64,000 bases of DNA from Tubiluchus corallicola (Eukaryota; Animalia; Priapulida): contig JAQGDQ010000039.1 in NCBI GenBank assembly GCA_030141605.1, forward strand, positions 124,001 through 188,000, given 5' to 3'. Made by a program: the position numbers and the translations under genes. Positions 41,201 through 56,200 of the stretch are shown piece by piece. The notes beneath the pieces are model-generated. The model saw nothing but the letters and a program-made list of their open reading frames with translations. It made no database searches and was not told the DNA's origin. Positions within the stretch are counted from its first letter, which is position 1; each line of letters opens with the position of its first letter.

Positions 41201-44200
41201 CTGAGATGAATTCACCAATTGCCAATTAAAACTATCAGTTACACCAATAAGGTCTAAGGTCTATCGTCCGATAAATAATACAGTTTTTCCAAGAGTATGC
41301 ACAAACATCGTTGCCCAAATGTGGGACCACCATTTTTTGTCTGAAACACTGAAAAGTAAATGAAAAAAGTTGAGCATTTTAGAATTTTTTCATGCGCAGA
41401 AAGCATTCAACTAATATCAATGTATAGACTGCCTGCAATACGGGTCGTGTGGTTAATATTTGATAATTTGATTACGTGGTTCACTTTCACTCACACAGTT
41501 TCTTTTTTGCAGTTGAAGAAAAAACGGCGGATCGTCGGCAAAGTAAAATGTCGGAACATCCAGCGAGAATGTCCGAAACCGAGCTGTGATAAACCGGTTT
41601 TACTTCCGGGTCAATGTTGTAAAATCTGTCCAGGAGACGGTACATAGCCTAACCAGTTTATCTGTCTTCATTGTGTAGCCTAAAGGGTTTGATTGTTTTC
41701 ATTGCGTAGCCTAAGCAGCGTATCTGCCTTCCGTGTGTAGCTTAACCAGTTTATTTATCTTAGGCATGTAATCTAGGCAGTTTATCTGTGTTCAGTGGAT
41801 AGCCTAACCAGTTTGTCTGTCTTCATTGTGAAGCCTAACCAATTTATCTGTCTTCAGTGCCTAGCCTAGCCAGTTTATTTTACTTCAATGTGTAGTTTAG
41901 TGAGTTTGATTGCTTTTAGTGTGTAGCCTAACTAGTTTGTCTGCTTTCGTTGAGTAGCTTAACTAATTTATCTATGTTAGATGTTCAACCTAACCAGTTT
42001 ATCTGTCGTAAGTGCGTGCATAATTTAATATGTTTGACTGCTTTTAGTGCGTAGCCTAACCAGTTTGTCTGCCTTCGTTGAGTAATTTAATTAGTTTATC
42101 TGTCTTAGTTGTGTAACCTAACCAAATTATCTGCCGGAAAAACCAAAGTCACATGTATAGTGGACTGAAATTAATTGTATTTGTCTTAAAATCACTGGAA
42201 CTTATTCATTTTTTGGAAGGTAGCTTTTTTGTGCTTCATAACCAGTTTCCTACTAAGAACAATATCTCAGTCTTTATCACGGTTTTAATTTGAAAGTAGC
42301 CAACTATATTCTAAGTAACTAATGTCAAGAAACCGAAAGACACGACAGGGGCAGATGAGATTGATGTGATGGGGGAAGAGAGCAAAGACGAAAAAATAAA
42401 ACAAGTGATTAAAAAGAAGGAAGAAAACTATAGTATACTGATGATGGTAATGATAAGACAATGTCACCTACTAGCACAATTATGATGATGATGATGATGA
42501 TGACGGAGATGCAGTCAGGTGATGGTGATGATGACGGTGACGATAAAAATGGGGAAGGAATTTTGTGAAAAAAAGTGTAGAAAAAAGCTTGAGGAATAAA
42601 GAGTGCCTTTAATGTGCTGGTGAGAAGGATTCTATTGCTTTTTTGTCCAGTAGATTTACTTTCGCCATAACTTCACATTCCTCGGTGGATTGAAATTTTA
42701 TTAAGGTCCCTGGCGTGAGGTGACTGTTAGTTTGCCGAGCAAAAGCTGCCATAATTTACTCAAACTCTGTTTTACTGCCTTGGCAAACAGAGTTACAGAG
42801 AATTTCGCAAAGTGTAAACGGCGACATTTTGGAACCAGATTATAGACTTGAGACGCCTGCGTTATTTTGAAGTTACGATTATATGAGGCGAGCGGGAAGA
42901 GCTAACAGCTAGTGTTTAAACTCAAAAAGCAGAGAAACAAGATCGAAAACAGAGACCCACAAAAATAGAAAAATATTGTCTGCCAACTTCTTGGTTTGAA
43001 AGTTTACAATCACAAGGGAGAAGCGCAGAAGTTTACAATCACAAGGGAGAAACATAGAAGTATACAATCACAAGGGAGAAGCGCAGAAGTATACAATCAC
43101 AAGGGAGAAACATAGAAGTATACAATCACAAGGGAGAAACATAGAAGTATACAATCACAGGGGAGAAACACAGAAGTATACAATCACAAGGGAGAAACAC
43201 AGAAGTATACAATCACAAGGGAGAAACACAGAAGTATACAATCACAAGGGAGAAACACAGAAATATAAAATCGCAAGCGAGAAACATAGAAGTATAAGAT
43301 CACAAGGGAGAAACACAGAAGTTTACAATCACGAGGGAGAAACACAGAAGTTTACAATCACGAGGGAGAAACACAGAACAATACAATCACAATGGAGAAA
43401 CATAGAAGAATACAATCACAATGGAGAAACATAGAAATATACAATCATTTACTACAGTCACAGAACATACTTGACACAACAGAAGCTAATAAAATGTCTA
43501 TCAGATACCATGGTTGCGAAAACTGTCTTTTCTTGTAAGAGAAAGTGTCTTTTTAAATACTCAATGTTCCCGCATTCCCAAAAGTTTTTTATACAGAATT
43601 TGGCGCAAATTTATTTATTTACTCTTAGAATGTTTCAAAAATATTGTTGTTTCAGGGAACATTTACGACATGTAGCTAAAACGGCAAAGTAAACTCCTTA
43701 TGAGTATATTACTTTACTTTCCCCAACCCTTAGTTACTCCTTCCTTTTTTCCAGCCAGGCGTATTTTTGTGAAATTGCATACAAGGAAAAAACAGCAGCT
43801 TTGCGGAATTACGTGCACTTTTTAGTACGAAATTTGGATGCAAGTTACTGTTTATTATTTTATTATAACAACACGAAACAATAGTATAGGTTGTCTCAAA
43901 AGTCACTATACACTTTGACTTCTGATTTTCTTTTCTAATTTGTCTCTAATTTCGGCAAGCTCTTACGTGGGACCTCACACTGGAGAGCAACCAAAGGGGT
44001 CCGTTGTGAATTCTTTTTGGTTTATTTTTTGACTGAACCCCGTTGTTGTTATGGCAATGAAGCTAACGTTAGGAATGAGATGCAAAATAAGCCTTGCACG
44101 AGGTCCTTCAGTCACCAACTGAAATTCAGATCACTGCTTATGCTATACCATTCTTTCATTATCAACAATGTTTTTTGCAGCAAAATGCAGCGCTTTCTCG

Positions 44201-47200
44201 TGGGTTGTGAGAGACTTTTTCAATGCAAGATGCGCGACTTTCCATTGTATTGGTCTCTGAGGCGCTTGAGGTCCTGGAAAGAAGTAGTGGAAATAGCAAG
44301 GCCAACTAGTGCAGTAGTTCTTTTCAGATTTCCGTCTACATTGGCTAAAAGAATTGTCAAATATTTTTGGTTCATCTGTACTTATTACAAGCGTTTTGCT
44401 TTGTTTGTTAAAAATACAGAAAATATAAAATGTGTAGTGGCTTTTGAGACACTCTGTATAAGATACTGTTTGTTAAAAATTATATGTTGACTATAACTTC
44501 TTTTTAACTTTTTCAGAATTGCACCCGGCGTTTAATGTGAATAGAACATCGTTCGTGCAGGAAGACAATTCCAACGAGGAAAAAGGTAGCGTTCTTCTTT
44601 CGTATTTAGCTTCTTTGAATTATCAGGTTGACTTTTGTGACTGACTTTTTCTAAAGTTTTCCTACCTTTGATGCCAAAGACGCTGTTAGTAGTAGGGTCA
44701 ATTTCCTGACTTACTCCTAAAATTTGCAAGAAAACGTTTTTTGGTGTTTTTTTTGTAATATTTGGTCCAGAGAATAAAATATCCCAATTAGGTTGAAATT
44801 TGAGCACTAATTATAACGTCAAAAAATGAACCCCATTTGACCAAAATGAAATGGCATTTAGTTAGGTGCAGTAACAGGCATTAGAATGGAGAAAATGCCC
44901 ATTTTGATTCAAAAGCAAGATTCAAATGCATAGAGCTCATTAAGGCTGATTAATTTTGATTATGGAGTCAATCGAAATTCGTCCAATATGGCCACAATTT
45001 TCAAGATGGCTGACAATATGTGCGTTACTGTCTTATAAGGGATATCTTAGCTACCATGATATTTTTGCTGAAATATTGCGTGAATTGACGTTAAGATGGA
45101 TAATGCATCAATGAATAATATTTAATTAGATAGCAAATCTAATCTTATTTCATAATCTTGCATTTCCCTATAATCCTGCATACATGGTCAGTGGTGCAGC
45201 ATTAATAGGGTAGGTGGGGGTAAATTTCATAAATCCAAATACTTAAAGTAACAGCGTTTTGCAACAAAGGAGAGGGGTAACTGTGGAAAATGAAACCAGA
45301 GATGGAATAGCACCATTGTTCTGTATTATTCTCCATTATTCACCCCTGACCCTGCATATAAGTGATCATCATCATAACATCACGATCATCTTCCTTGACC
45401 ACTGAAAAACGTCAAGTAGCACCAGTGTATGTCTTCTGGCCACCTTGCGCACGCAAGTAATTATTAATTTCAAGACCGCTATAATCGTCGATCAATGGAA
45501 TAACAGACACTGTTGAATTTCGAAGCCAACTTGCTCGAAAGAAAAGAAATATGAATTGGCTGACCAGTTATAACGACTGAATACGATCTAACATGATCAC
45601 CAAGACATGATAGTCTACTGGTCATGATGTTCACCTTGCAAACAAAAAGCGTCAAGTTTAAATCCAAAGAGGTTGCAAAATCCAACAATTATGGCTTTTT
45701 CCATTATATCTTGATGTTCAAAGCCAAAGTGCTACAATGAAACCAGTGATTTTAGCCTAACGTACTAAGTTGTTAAAGTTATCAAGGAAAACTAGCCTGC
45801 TATTTAAATAATCTCCAAAAAACCTTGGCGGACGCCTTTATAGTTTAAGAAAAGCCCAGTTAGAAACGACAGGAATCGTAACTATTTGTAACTCTATCTG
45901 AACTCATGCCATTCCAGTGTTTTCATAGTATCACTAACTTAAACTTAAGGAGGAACTGCTTTTTCGTTCTTCACCCTCTCCGCGTCATTTGTGCGCTTTT
46001 AGCTTAGTTAAAAGAGGGCTGACGTTCGCAGAAGTTTTCTTTGAATGTCTATAATTAGAAATGGGGAGAACCAGAAAAATTTGTAAAAAATATAAAATTT
46101 TGCAGAGCTTTGCACTGTTTGGAGCATTAGTTTTTATTTCTCCTTTATATTGTAAGTTTTGTTTTAATGTAAATTTTGAAACCACTCTGGATTTAAACTC
46201 GGCACTTTTTGCTTGTAAGCCGAACGTCAAGACAACTGATCGTTTTAATCTAATCGTTCCACTGCAAGTCCTCATTGGCATCGTTATAGTTGGCCAGCCA
46301 ATTCATATTTCCTTTCTTTCGAGCAAGTTGCTTGGTCCAAAGCCAATCAGTTTTATTATTATCGTCAAACAAAAGTTTCAGCTTCCGTTTTTTACATTAC
46401 AATCATTATCTTGGTATTTCTTCAGTTCACCTTTAAACTTTTTTATCTTCTCTGCTTTTGGTAGTGAAAACTAATGTACATAATTACCTTTTCTACAGTC
46501 ATTTTTGTTCTTCATTCTCTGTTTTAATATCACATCTTCTGTTCGCCTCTTTCTTTTCCTTTTGCTTCGTATTTTCAGTCTCGCTTTTTAATTCTGTTAT
46601 TTTTTATTTTTTCTCTTTCCTTTAAGTTTTAGTTTTTCTCTTTGCGTTGCCCATCTTTTATCGCCTTTCCTCCTTTTTTTCCTTTTCCCACACTGTCTTT
46701 TTTTACTCTCCTCTATTTCCTTCTCTTTTTGATTTCTTCGAACAATCATTCAAGATTATTTTATGATATTTTCCAGATTTCTTTGCTTTGTTAACCGGGT
46801 CGTCTGTGCGACCACAACGACACGATGGCAGATCTGCGGGTAGAGGGTACTTTTCTTACAAAAACTCTTCTCTCTTCTATACAATTGTTTTGAAAGGGTA
46901 AGTTAAAGGTCAACAAGTCTATAGTCTGCAGATAGATGCAGTACATAAGATTCTGCACTGAACTGCCCACTGCTAGCCCTATTATGGCGCCGTGAGCCGA
47001 AATTTATTGTTCGCCCAAAACAAACAGTCTGGCGGACATTCTCTGCTAAAAGTAAAATGCCTCATAGCGTACTAACTGAATTAACATGGGTAACATTGTG
47101 ATCTCTAGGTGGATTTAGATAGTTCTGCCCCTCTTACAGCGTAGTTTACCTAAAACTTTTTTGATGGTGGGAATAGTTGTATAGTTTAGTGGTCACGCAT

Positions 47201-50200
47201 GGTCATGGATGGTCTACTTCTATAGTCTATACTATAGCTGCGTGTCGTTGTTATGCTGCCTGACTATCCAAATACTTGGCAGTATTCCAAATTTATTTCA
47301 TGCATTTATCTTTAATCCAGTTTTTCCTCGGGTTTCTTATCTGCGAAACTCTCTGGTTAGTTACCTGAAAACTACAACCTCTAGAATCAAGAAGCATATC
47401 AACAAGTATCTTCTGTCACTGACAAATTTAGTTTTACAAATTCTATTTTTCAGAATGTGTTCATATCTTAATTTTTTTATTTTAGTTCTTAATCTCAGGC
47501 CTTGTTTGTGGGTTGATTTGTATAAAAAAATGTCGGCGCACTGCAAGTTGGAATCCGGTATTCAGCTCAACACGATGTATGTGGCAAGACTAGAACCTAA
47601 CCCATTATCAGGAATATTAGTATAAAAAGCTGAAATGAGTGACAGAACTGGTAACAGTGTTTTAGTATTCTGATTTATATACAGCCTCTCATTACACAGT
47701 AATGTGTATGGCGAACGAAACCACCCAGAAGCATACATGAGTGACCACTCAGCTATATTTCACCATCAAAAAAGTTTTAGGTAAACCACGCTGTATGAGG
47801 GGTAGAACTATCTAAATCCATCTAGAGGTTACAATATCACTCACCTTAAATCTGTTAGTACGCTGCCAGGCAGCTCCTTTACCCTACTAGAAATTATCAT
47901 GTGTGCCAGACGGTTTGTTTTGGGCGAACAATAAATGTCGGTCACGCGCCATAACAGAGCTAGCAATGGAGAATTCAGTACAGAACCTTATGCTGTAAGT
48001 AGTTTGTACAGCTTCGTGTCCGCAATGAATGTTAATCAAACGCATTTGCCTACTGGGTGACTTTTATGGGCAGCTTTCCTAAATTATTGCGGGTATAATG
48101 GTGTGTTTTAATGTATTTTGCGTACTTAATTAAACTCAGCAGCGTAAGTGCAGACGTTGCATTTGCTAACTTTAGCCATTATAATAACAAATGGTGTCTT
48201 GCTTATAACTTTCTTTTTTCCAGTTTCCTTATTTTAGTGTAGGTTAGTATAGTTTAGTTTAGTTTATTTCCAAAAGTGCCATAAACAATACGTTGTTGCA
48301 TACTACACAGTCAAGATATTACTAGAACAAAACCAAACAAAAATTAAAGCTTCACCAGATAATGAGGTAGAGGTATCAGCTCTGGCCAAGAAGATAAACT
48401 TGTACACTGTACAGGCCTGAGCAGAAGGCAAAACGGAAAGATGTAGAAGGTACGAAATATAATAAGCAAGAAGAAAGAAATAACAGGGTGATGGTAAAGG
48501 TAAGAAACGACAATGTAAAGTGAATTGGATGAAGGAGAAAAAGAAGATTAGATTCACGGTTTTTAAAGTTCGCCTTCTTTTACCTACATGAATAACGTTT
48601 TAATAGATTTAATTTGTTATCGGAGTAGGTGTTTGACTGATTGTTTACCTTAACGTGATGTCTGTCTTCAGGTCTGAAGCACATGGCGCATGTTCGAAGC
48701 CTCGCTTTGCAGATTTAGAAACGTTTACATTGCATTTTTCCGCGAAAAACGTTTGCTGGGCCAAATAGCAATGACTTCACTGCAATTACATTATAACACG
48801 AATTTACGTTTGAGTATCTAACTGTCGCCGAGTGTCATAAAACTCGAATTTCCTTCACCTGCGTGACAAAGGGGACGTAAAATATGGCGTCGAGAAAATT
48901 TATTTATAGTCTTTTTTGAAACACTCCAATTATTGAAAAACCCATCATTTAGCACTTTAGCACAAGTATAAAACAACGTATCATAATTTTACAGCACGTA
49001 TTTTGCTGTAAGTATACTAACAAATCGCCACCTGTGTACTGACATTTATAGAGCCTTTAGAAGTGGCTCTCTTTGCACTACAAAAACTGCGACATCGTTT
49101 TTATTATTATGCTCATCTTAACTGTGACTTCTAAAACTGAACGTTGGTTATCTATAAATCTACATAAGGTTAAGTGACTATTGGTAGCGAAGGAAGTGAC
49201 GTGAGACATATACCCCCGTCAACTCTCGAACATGGAATTTTTTTTGTCATGATTATCCTGCCAAAAAGGAGAGGCGAGGTGCACGGCCCAGTGTTTATTA
49301 CATCACGTTTGGCGAAGAAAGTTAAGATGGCACTGAGACTGATCAATGACTGGATGGGTGAATCTCTTCAATTCTTCCTCTCGGTGGTCTCATTCGCCAT
49401 GCTGATTATGGCTGTTTGCCTCGTAGAAGGGTACGTACATCTGAACGTGACTAAGATACCCCGTTGGTCTAGTGGCACATCTTAGTGGCTTAGTCTTGAT
49501 GAGTCATGTCCTAATCTCGTCTCGACCATTCAACAGTTCAGACGGACGGACAGACAAGGAGACAGAAATTCGAAACATTGGCTTTTATATAATTACCCGA
49601 TACACCGCAGTGCCAAGTTTTGTCTTCATTACTTCACTGCAATTTCGTTAGAGATTAATTTGACACTAGAAAACTGTCAATTTTAGAAGTGTTAGGGCAA
49701 CCGTGGTTGGTCACCACAGCAATCAAAACTTTACAGCTCAACTAGAGCTCAGACCCTACCTGTCATGGCAAGTTACCTGGAATTTCATCAGCAGTCTCTG
49801 AGAAAAAGCTTGAACAGACAGACGTTGCTGAGAATAATGGTTGATTACCTTGAGCACTCCAACCAAACCTGATTATAGGCGCCTTAAGAGCAGATAACAA
49901 TTATTAATTTGAGTGCTTATTATATGTCTAATCAGACAATGTTGTGGTGAATGTAGGCTTGCTGTTTTATTAATCACCATCGTTATGTTATATAATGATC
50001 TTTATGAATAATTTTTATACTCGTTTAGGCAAGAGTTTCCTAGGGCGCTTCGCTTCCAGAATGAAGAGGACATCATCCTCTATGAGAGAGTTTTAGACAG
50101 TTTCACAACAAGCAAGGTACTTGACTAAAATTGAATAGCACCTATTCTAGCAACAACTACGATTACTAAGTTGATTTATAGATGTCTTTAAGCCATTTGC

Positions 50201-53200
50201 TACTTTTGAGTCATTCATTGCTTATAGTTTTGTAGAAGAAAATATAAAAGTTATCCACTTCCCATTTTTGGTCTCACTTGAACTATTCTACCATTTCTGT
50301 TATTATTTTTTCTCTTATTTTACTATTATTGTTGTGTACAGATTTGTGGAGTGTGGAAGGGGTTACCCAATCTGTATAAATCTTTGCTGTCTTCTGGTGT
50401 TCTGAGTGTTGTCGTCACCAGTGACCTTGCACCAGAAGGGGAACTTGCAGGAAGACTTCAGGAATATGGACGCCTTAGGCAAGGTATCAGTTAGTAAAAG
50501 AGTCATTTGGACATTGGGCACATTGGTCATTTGTGGTCAGACAGTGAAAGCTGAGTTAATTGAAGATTCGTCTGTGACATGGTTATTTAACTTCGGTTAG
50601 ATTAATTATTTACTAAAATTGTAGCACAGTAAAGCAGTATTGTTGGTAGTTGGTAAATGACACATGCACCATTGCAATTGTGCAGATTTCAAGTGGACCT
50701 AAAAATATCAGAGAATACAGCACAAAACCTACTGCTAAATGGTGTTTGGATTCATTATTAATTAATATTTATACAGAATCTGTTTTGGTTGCAATTACCC
50801 AAATGCCATAGACGTCTGTCCATAATTATGACAAAAATTCTAAAATTTCCCACCTTAACAAAATTCTGGAACAGTTGCATGACATTTCCATGAACTTTGA
50901 GGAATCTTGTTGATGTCTGTTCTGGAATGCGTTTAACAGGGTTATGGTAAGGGCTTGTAAACATAAAGAAAAAGTTACGAAAAAACAACAAACTGATGCA
51001 AAAAGCAGTAGGCTTGCTCATCGGGCTTCCAATCAGTATTGTAGTTTTATAATATACAATGATTATGTTAATATGTAATTTTCTGGTAATTCATGCATTT
51101 CCATGCCGATTTTCATCAGATCCTTAAACACATATTTCATACTTGCAATATTCTTGTCTTTCAAGTGCTGTTGCAATAAATTTGTAGTATAGATAAACCA
51201 ATGATGATTTCAGGCTCAAAATTAGGCAAAAAATTGATCTGATTTGTTAGAATCACTCAGGTGTGAGCGATAAAGCCTGAATATGGTTAGCCAGCTGTAA
51301 GGTATGAACTTTTGATTGCCTGAATTACTAGTGAATACGTTGGTTTGTAGCCTGAGGCGTCTGCCTTGTAAGCAGGAGAACCCTAGTTCAAATCCAGAAT
51401 TTATTATAACTTTATTAAACATTTCCTGCCTTTCAGATTTGGTATCAAACCTGAATCAATTGTGGGTTTGAACCATCATTAGTAATAATCTTGATATCAA
51501 AATTATAATAATTAATAGTCAAACAAAATTCAGAAAGTCTAATTTTTATGCATGTATTTTGTTTCTAACGCCTCCACCCAAAAACCAGTTTGTTGAAATC
51601 AATATAGTCATATCAGTCTGCTTTAGCAGTGTTTATATCATATAGTTATTATGCTGTCTTGTTCGTACGAGGCTTTGAAGGTCCATAATTTCTGTGAAGA
51701 TTCGTGATTTCTGTTTAAGAACTTGGCAGATATTTCAAAGAATTACATATTTGGGTCTTTATGCCAAAGAAAACTGTAGTTGCTTGGATTGTATATTAAT
51801 GGCCTACCATAATGGTTAAAATTCAAATAAAAATATTAACAGAAGCATTGTCACATTATTATTATTTTTTTTTCTGTTGCAGAAACTCTGAGTGCTGTCC
51901 TACTTGCTGATAAGAATGCCGGCGATTTATTGGGCACAGGGGGCATTGTACTAGCCACTTTAGGAGGTGCAAACAATCATGACACTATTGACTTCACCGT
52001 CTTCACAGAGGGACTGCTAGATGGTTATGTAAAACATGAAGGAACAATTCCGGCAACATTGTCATTTACTGATGAGAAGCGTTTCTCAAAAACTGTCCAG
52101 TTGGAAGTTGACCCTCGGGTAACAGAATTATTGTTAATGCAGTAGTATTTAATATATTTTCAACTGGGTGTTTACACTTGATTATGATAAACAAGTATGT
52201 ATAAGTGAATGTAAATAACTAAAGACTACATAACTGGATAACTAACATATCACATTTCAAAAATTATTGAAAATTTACAAACTAAGCGAAAGCTATGTTA
52301 TACAGAAATGGTTAGATTCCTTTCAAGATGAATAAATAATAAGTGAGGATGTTGCCTTAATCTTACTATCAATCTAATTTTATGCAACTCTTTTATAATC
52401 AAAGTTGATATACTGTAGTTACAATGTTTTGATATTTACCGTAGACTTTAATGTCAACCACCATATTAAAAAACATTCATCCACTAACTAAAATTGTAAC
52501 AAGATCAAACTTTAGAATAAGAATTGGCTGATTATATTAATTAATATCTCTTTCAGGATTCCACCATAACTTATGAATGGTCAGGGATGGGTCATCAGTT
52601 ACTGAGATCATTTGCACGCAGTCAAATGTTGGTGAGGGTGACACTTCAAACGCCAAAACAAGAAACTCTCAGTGGAAGAATCACTGCTAAGCAAACATGT
52701 AATGGTATGTAATGAACGTATGTGCACTAGAAGAAAGATACTTGACAAATGTCAGTAGACTGACCCAATATCAACAATTTGAGATTAATATAATTATTGT
52801 CCAGATGTTAAAGTACCTGGTAAGCTTGTCTTAGAAAGTCTTAGAGAAGAGTTCACTAGTAAATTTATGTAGACTGTTTTCTTAATCTAAGGTCATTGAT
52901 GCCCCTTTGTCATTTTTGTTATGCCATAAATGAGAAAATTTTGAACAGCCACTTGAAATTGCTTTCTTTTCTTAGTTTTTAGAGCAGAACTATCTGGTGC
53001 AGATGCTCTCATACCATCATCAACTGGATCGGCTGCATCTGCATTGATTGAACTCATGGCAGATGGCTCAATGAAGTATCAAATAGAAGTGGTTGGTCTG
53101 TCGTCTCCACTCGTTCAACTTACCTTCGAGGGGGAAACTTCCAAAATGGGACAGGTTAGAATTGTGGACGACATAACAGAGACATACCATAGTGGATTGG

Positions 53201-56200
53201 CTGAAGGTAAGAGAATAAGCTTGTATATGACTACGATGAAATTCTGCAAAATTCACTTTTAGTACACAGATGGTCGATCAGTAGATCCGAACAATTAATC
53301 GACCAATTTCGGTTGAAGAAAACTATCTTTCAGTATTTCTATGATGTAGTTGAAGCTAACTGAGAAATATATGAAAATTTTGCACTTGTTTACAGGTAGC
53401 TATGATCGACAAAATGCCAATGAATTAGAGGCACTGCTGCAAGGCCAGTTGTTTGTTAACATTGCCACATGGAAGCATGAACACGGAGAGGTCAGAGGAC
53501 GAATCATGTCCGAAGACTATGGAACCGAGTTTTCAGGTATCTACAGTACCTGCAATTTTCTGAGTGTGATATCATAAATATAAAACTGACTTTTGAACTG
53601 TCAGTTAGGCGTACTGCATCTTTTCCAAAACATGTAGCAAATATACACAAAGGTTCTGGTGTGGCTTCGTAGAGTAATTTGTGCTGCCTTTAATTATTTT
53701 TTTGAAATTGATTGCCTTTTTAATTATTACAATATTATTTACCTCAGACAATTTAATAGGCAGAAAACACTAGCAATGCTATGTACAACTTAAAGAATAG
53801 AGGAATATGACTAACAGAAATTATGTTTTTTTGTGGAAAATTCATGTACCAACAATGGAAACTGCCTAAAGTTTATTTGCATCTATCCTAATTATAAGAA
53901 AATTTGTGTTTACTTTACATTTTCTTTGTTATGCTGATTATTTACAATAATCTATAATGGTTCTTCAGGGCTTCCCACATTACTAGCTGGCTCAAATGTT
54001 GAACCGCCTGTTGAAACATCACTGGCTGGCTTTGCTTACTTCATCTTGGACAACAAATGTATGATACGATATAAGATAAATTTACAAGGGTCATTTGAGT
54101 CAGAACAGGACTTAAAATGCCACTTCCTTATTGAAGGCAAAGATGGTCATATTTTAGAAAAGCGATCACTAGAATCATTTGATGGGGTTCAGGTAATTAT
54201 AACTCTTTTTTTTCACTTGTACAGAATAGAAGTTTAGTTTGCTTTGGCTATGTTTTTCTTTCTATGATATCAGTTTAATTTTGGATTAGATTCCTGACCA
54301 TACTGCTCTGGGTAATGAAATACTATTAAAGATGTTAAAGAAAATTATGACTGATAATTTTCATCTTTTGCACAAAAAATGTACGATTCTCCCACACAAA
54401 GTAAGATTAAATATACCCTTTCCGAGAACAAATCGCTTTAAGTTTTCATTTGTTCCCACTTCAATCAAAGCATTCAATAGTAGCTAAACTCTAAAGTCTT
54501 TTTTAAGCTTTATTTCATTGTACCTTTTAGATTCATATGTGTAGTTGAATTCAATTTACAGTTGCGAATATGCATTTCACATATATGTGTAGTATATATA
54601 GCAAATACAGATGTCTATGTTTATGTCTATGTCTGAAGAGCACATCTATCTCCGATTCTTTTCTTGATGCCACACACTGTTATTATGCTGACACTAAACT
54701 TTTTTTGAGTTTTTTAAATTTTGTTTCTGATGCAGGCTCAAGGGTTTTTCATGGGTGGCAGCAAAGAAGTGTATGTTGCACTCAATGATGGACGGATTCA
54801 GTTATTAATAACCACTGCTGAACACCCAAATGGGTTATTAAGAGGACGGGTAAGGGCAACATGTACTTTTTAAATTTTCTGAATGTTATCAACTGTATAC
54901 CGCAGGCTTTGTTACCATGTTATTTTCTGGTTCTGTTACAATGGTGGAACAAGGTCTTCACTGTTCAATTAATTTGGAGTAATCTTTCAGTTTCTGTTCT
55001 TGTAGCTGGTACAGGATTGCTTACGTTCAAGTCAGTCACTTTTGAAGATCATTATAACATTTAATTAATAGTTTGTGCTTGTATGTGTTTATAGGTGTCA
55101 ATAGCCAACGAATGTGAAGATAGCTATGACAATCTGATGATGCTAGATGCAACAAACAATGAATTAGAAGAAGAAGTCAGTTATTCATGTCGATATGAGA
55201 AAAAATTTTATGAAGATGGTGCCAGCTGGCCGTCGGTGTTTGATAACTGTGCTATGTGTAGTTGCCAGGTAGTTTATTAATCAACACTATCTAGTTTTTG
55301 GAATTTAAACAATTTTGTATATAGTAATGGAGCTTTGTTTCTTCTTTGTCTAAGTTTATTTTTTATTATTGTTTAGCATGGTCATATAATGGTACATGAA
55401 AAAGACTCTAGATGACTTGGCTCACTGTTATTTTACGTTTCAGCATGGCCGTGTTGTGTGTGACACAATAATCTGCCCTGAACTGACTTGTGAGAGTCAA
55501 CAAAAACTGGATGGGGAATGTTGTCCCTCTTGTTTAGGTAAGCTTTAATAATAGCCTTTGCAGTGTATGTTTGTATCGAGAACCGCCAGTTGTTCACAAA
55601 AAGGGTTTTTGAGTTTTAAGTCAACTAAAGACCAAACTGGAAAATTCTTTCGTAGGATCAGATGAACAAACAATGAATTGCCTTAATTTTTTATAGTAGA
55701 TGACATAACAGCTGCGGCAAAAGAGCCGGAGAAGCACCAACGCTGCTTCTTTGAAGGTGAGCAGAAGTGGCATGCTCACGGAACAACATGGCATCCTTAC
55801 ATTCCACCATTTGGCTTCAGTCCATGTGTCATTTGCTCTTGTGTGGTGAGTGTTCAGTTGTTAGGCAGTATTTGCCTGCTGAGCTTCTTTGCTTAAGCTC
55901 ATATACTCACAGATATTTTTATCTTGTCAGTTGCACCATGCCAATAAACATTGCAATAAGCATTCTGGTTTGTCAAAACTGGATTTGTTTAGGCTTCATT
56001 TAATCTGGCCATGAAGTGAGACTGATTTAACAAGTTATTTTACCTGAATTACTTCGGTATAACTGGCAACTAAAACATATCTGTGGTGAGTTCCAATTCT
56101 AATTCCATGCTGAGGAACCACTTATTTTGTGCCTTTCAAGTGGACCTTTATAACAATGAAGCCTTTGCATCAATGAAAATGGCGGGGATTTGCATCATTG

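Noticed and set aside
43001-43447. 29-bp periodic array of CRISPR-like repeat length
   Set aside because: A contiguous tandem repeat without spacers.
44017-44490. 157-aa ORF upstream of chordin exon 4
   Set aside because: No recognisable domain, no ATG start, and no splice phase needed. The chordin frame closes without it.
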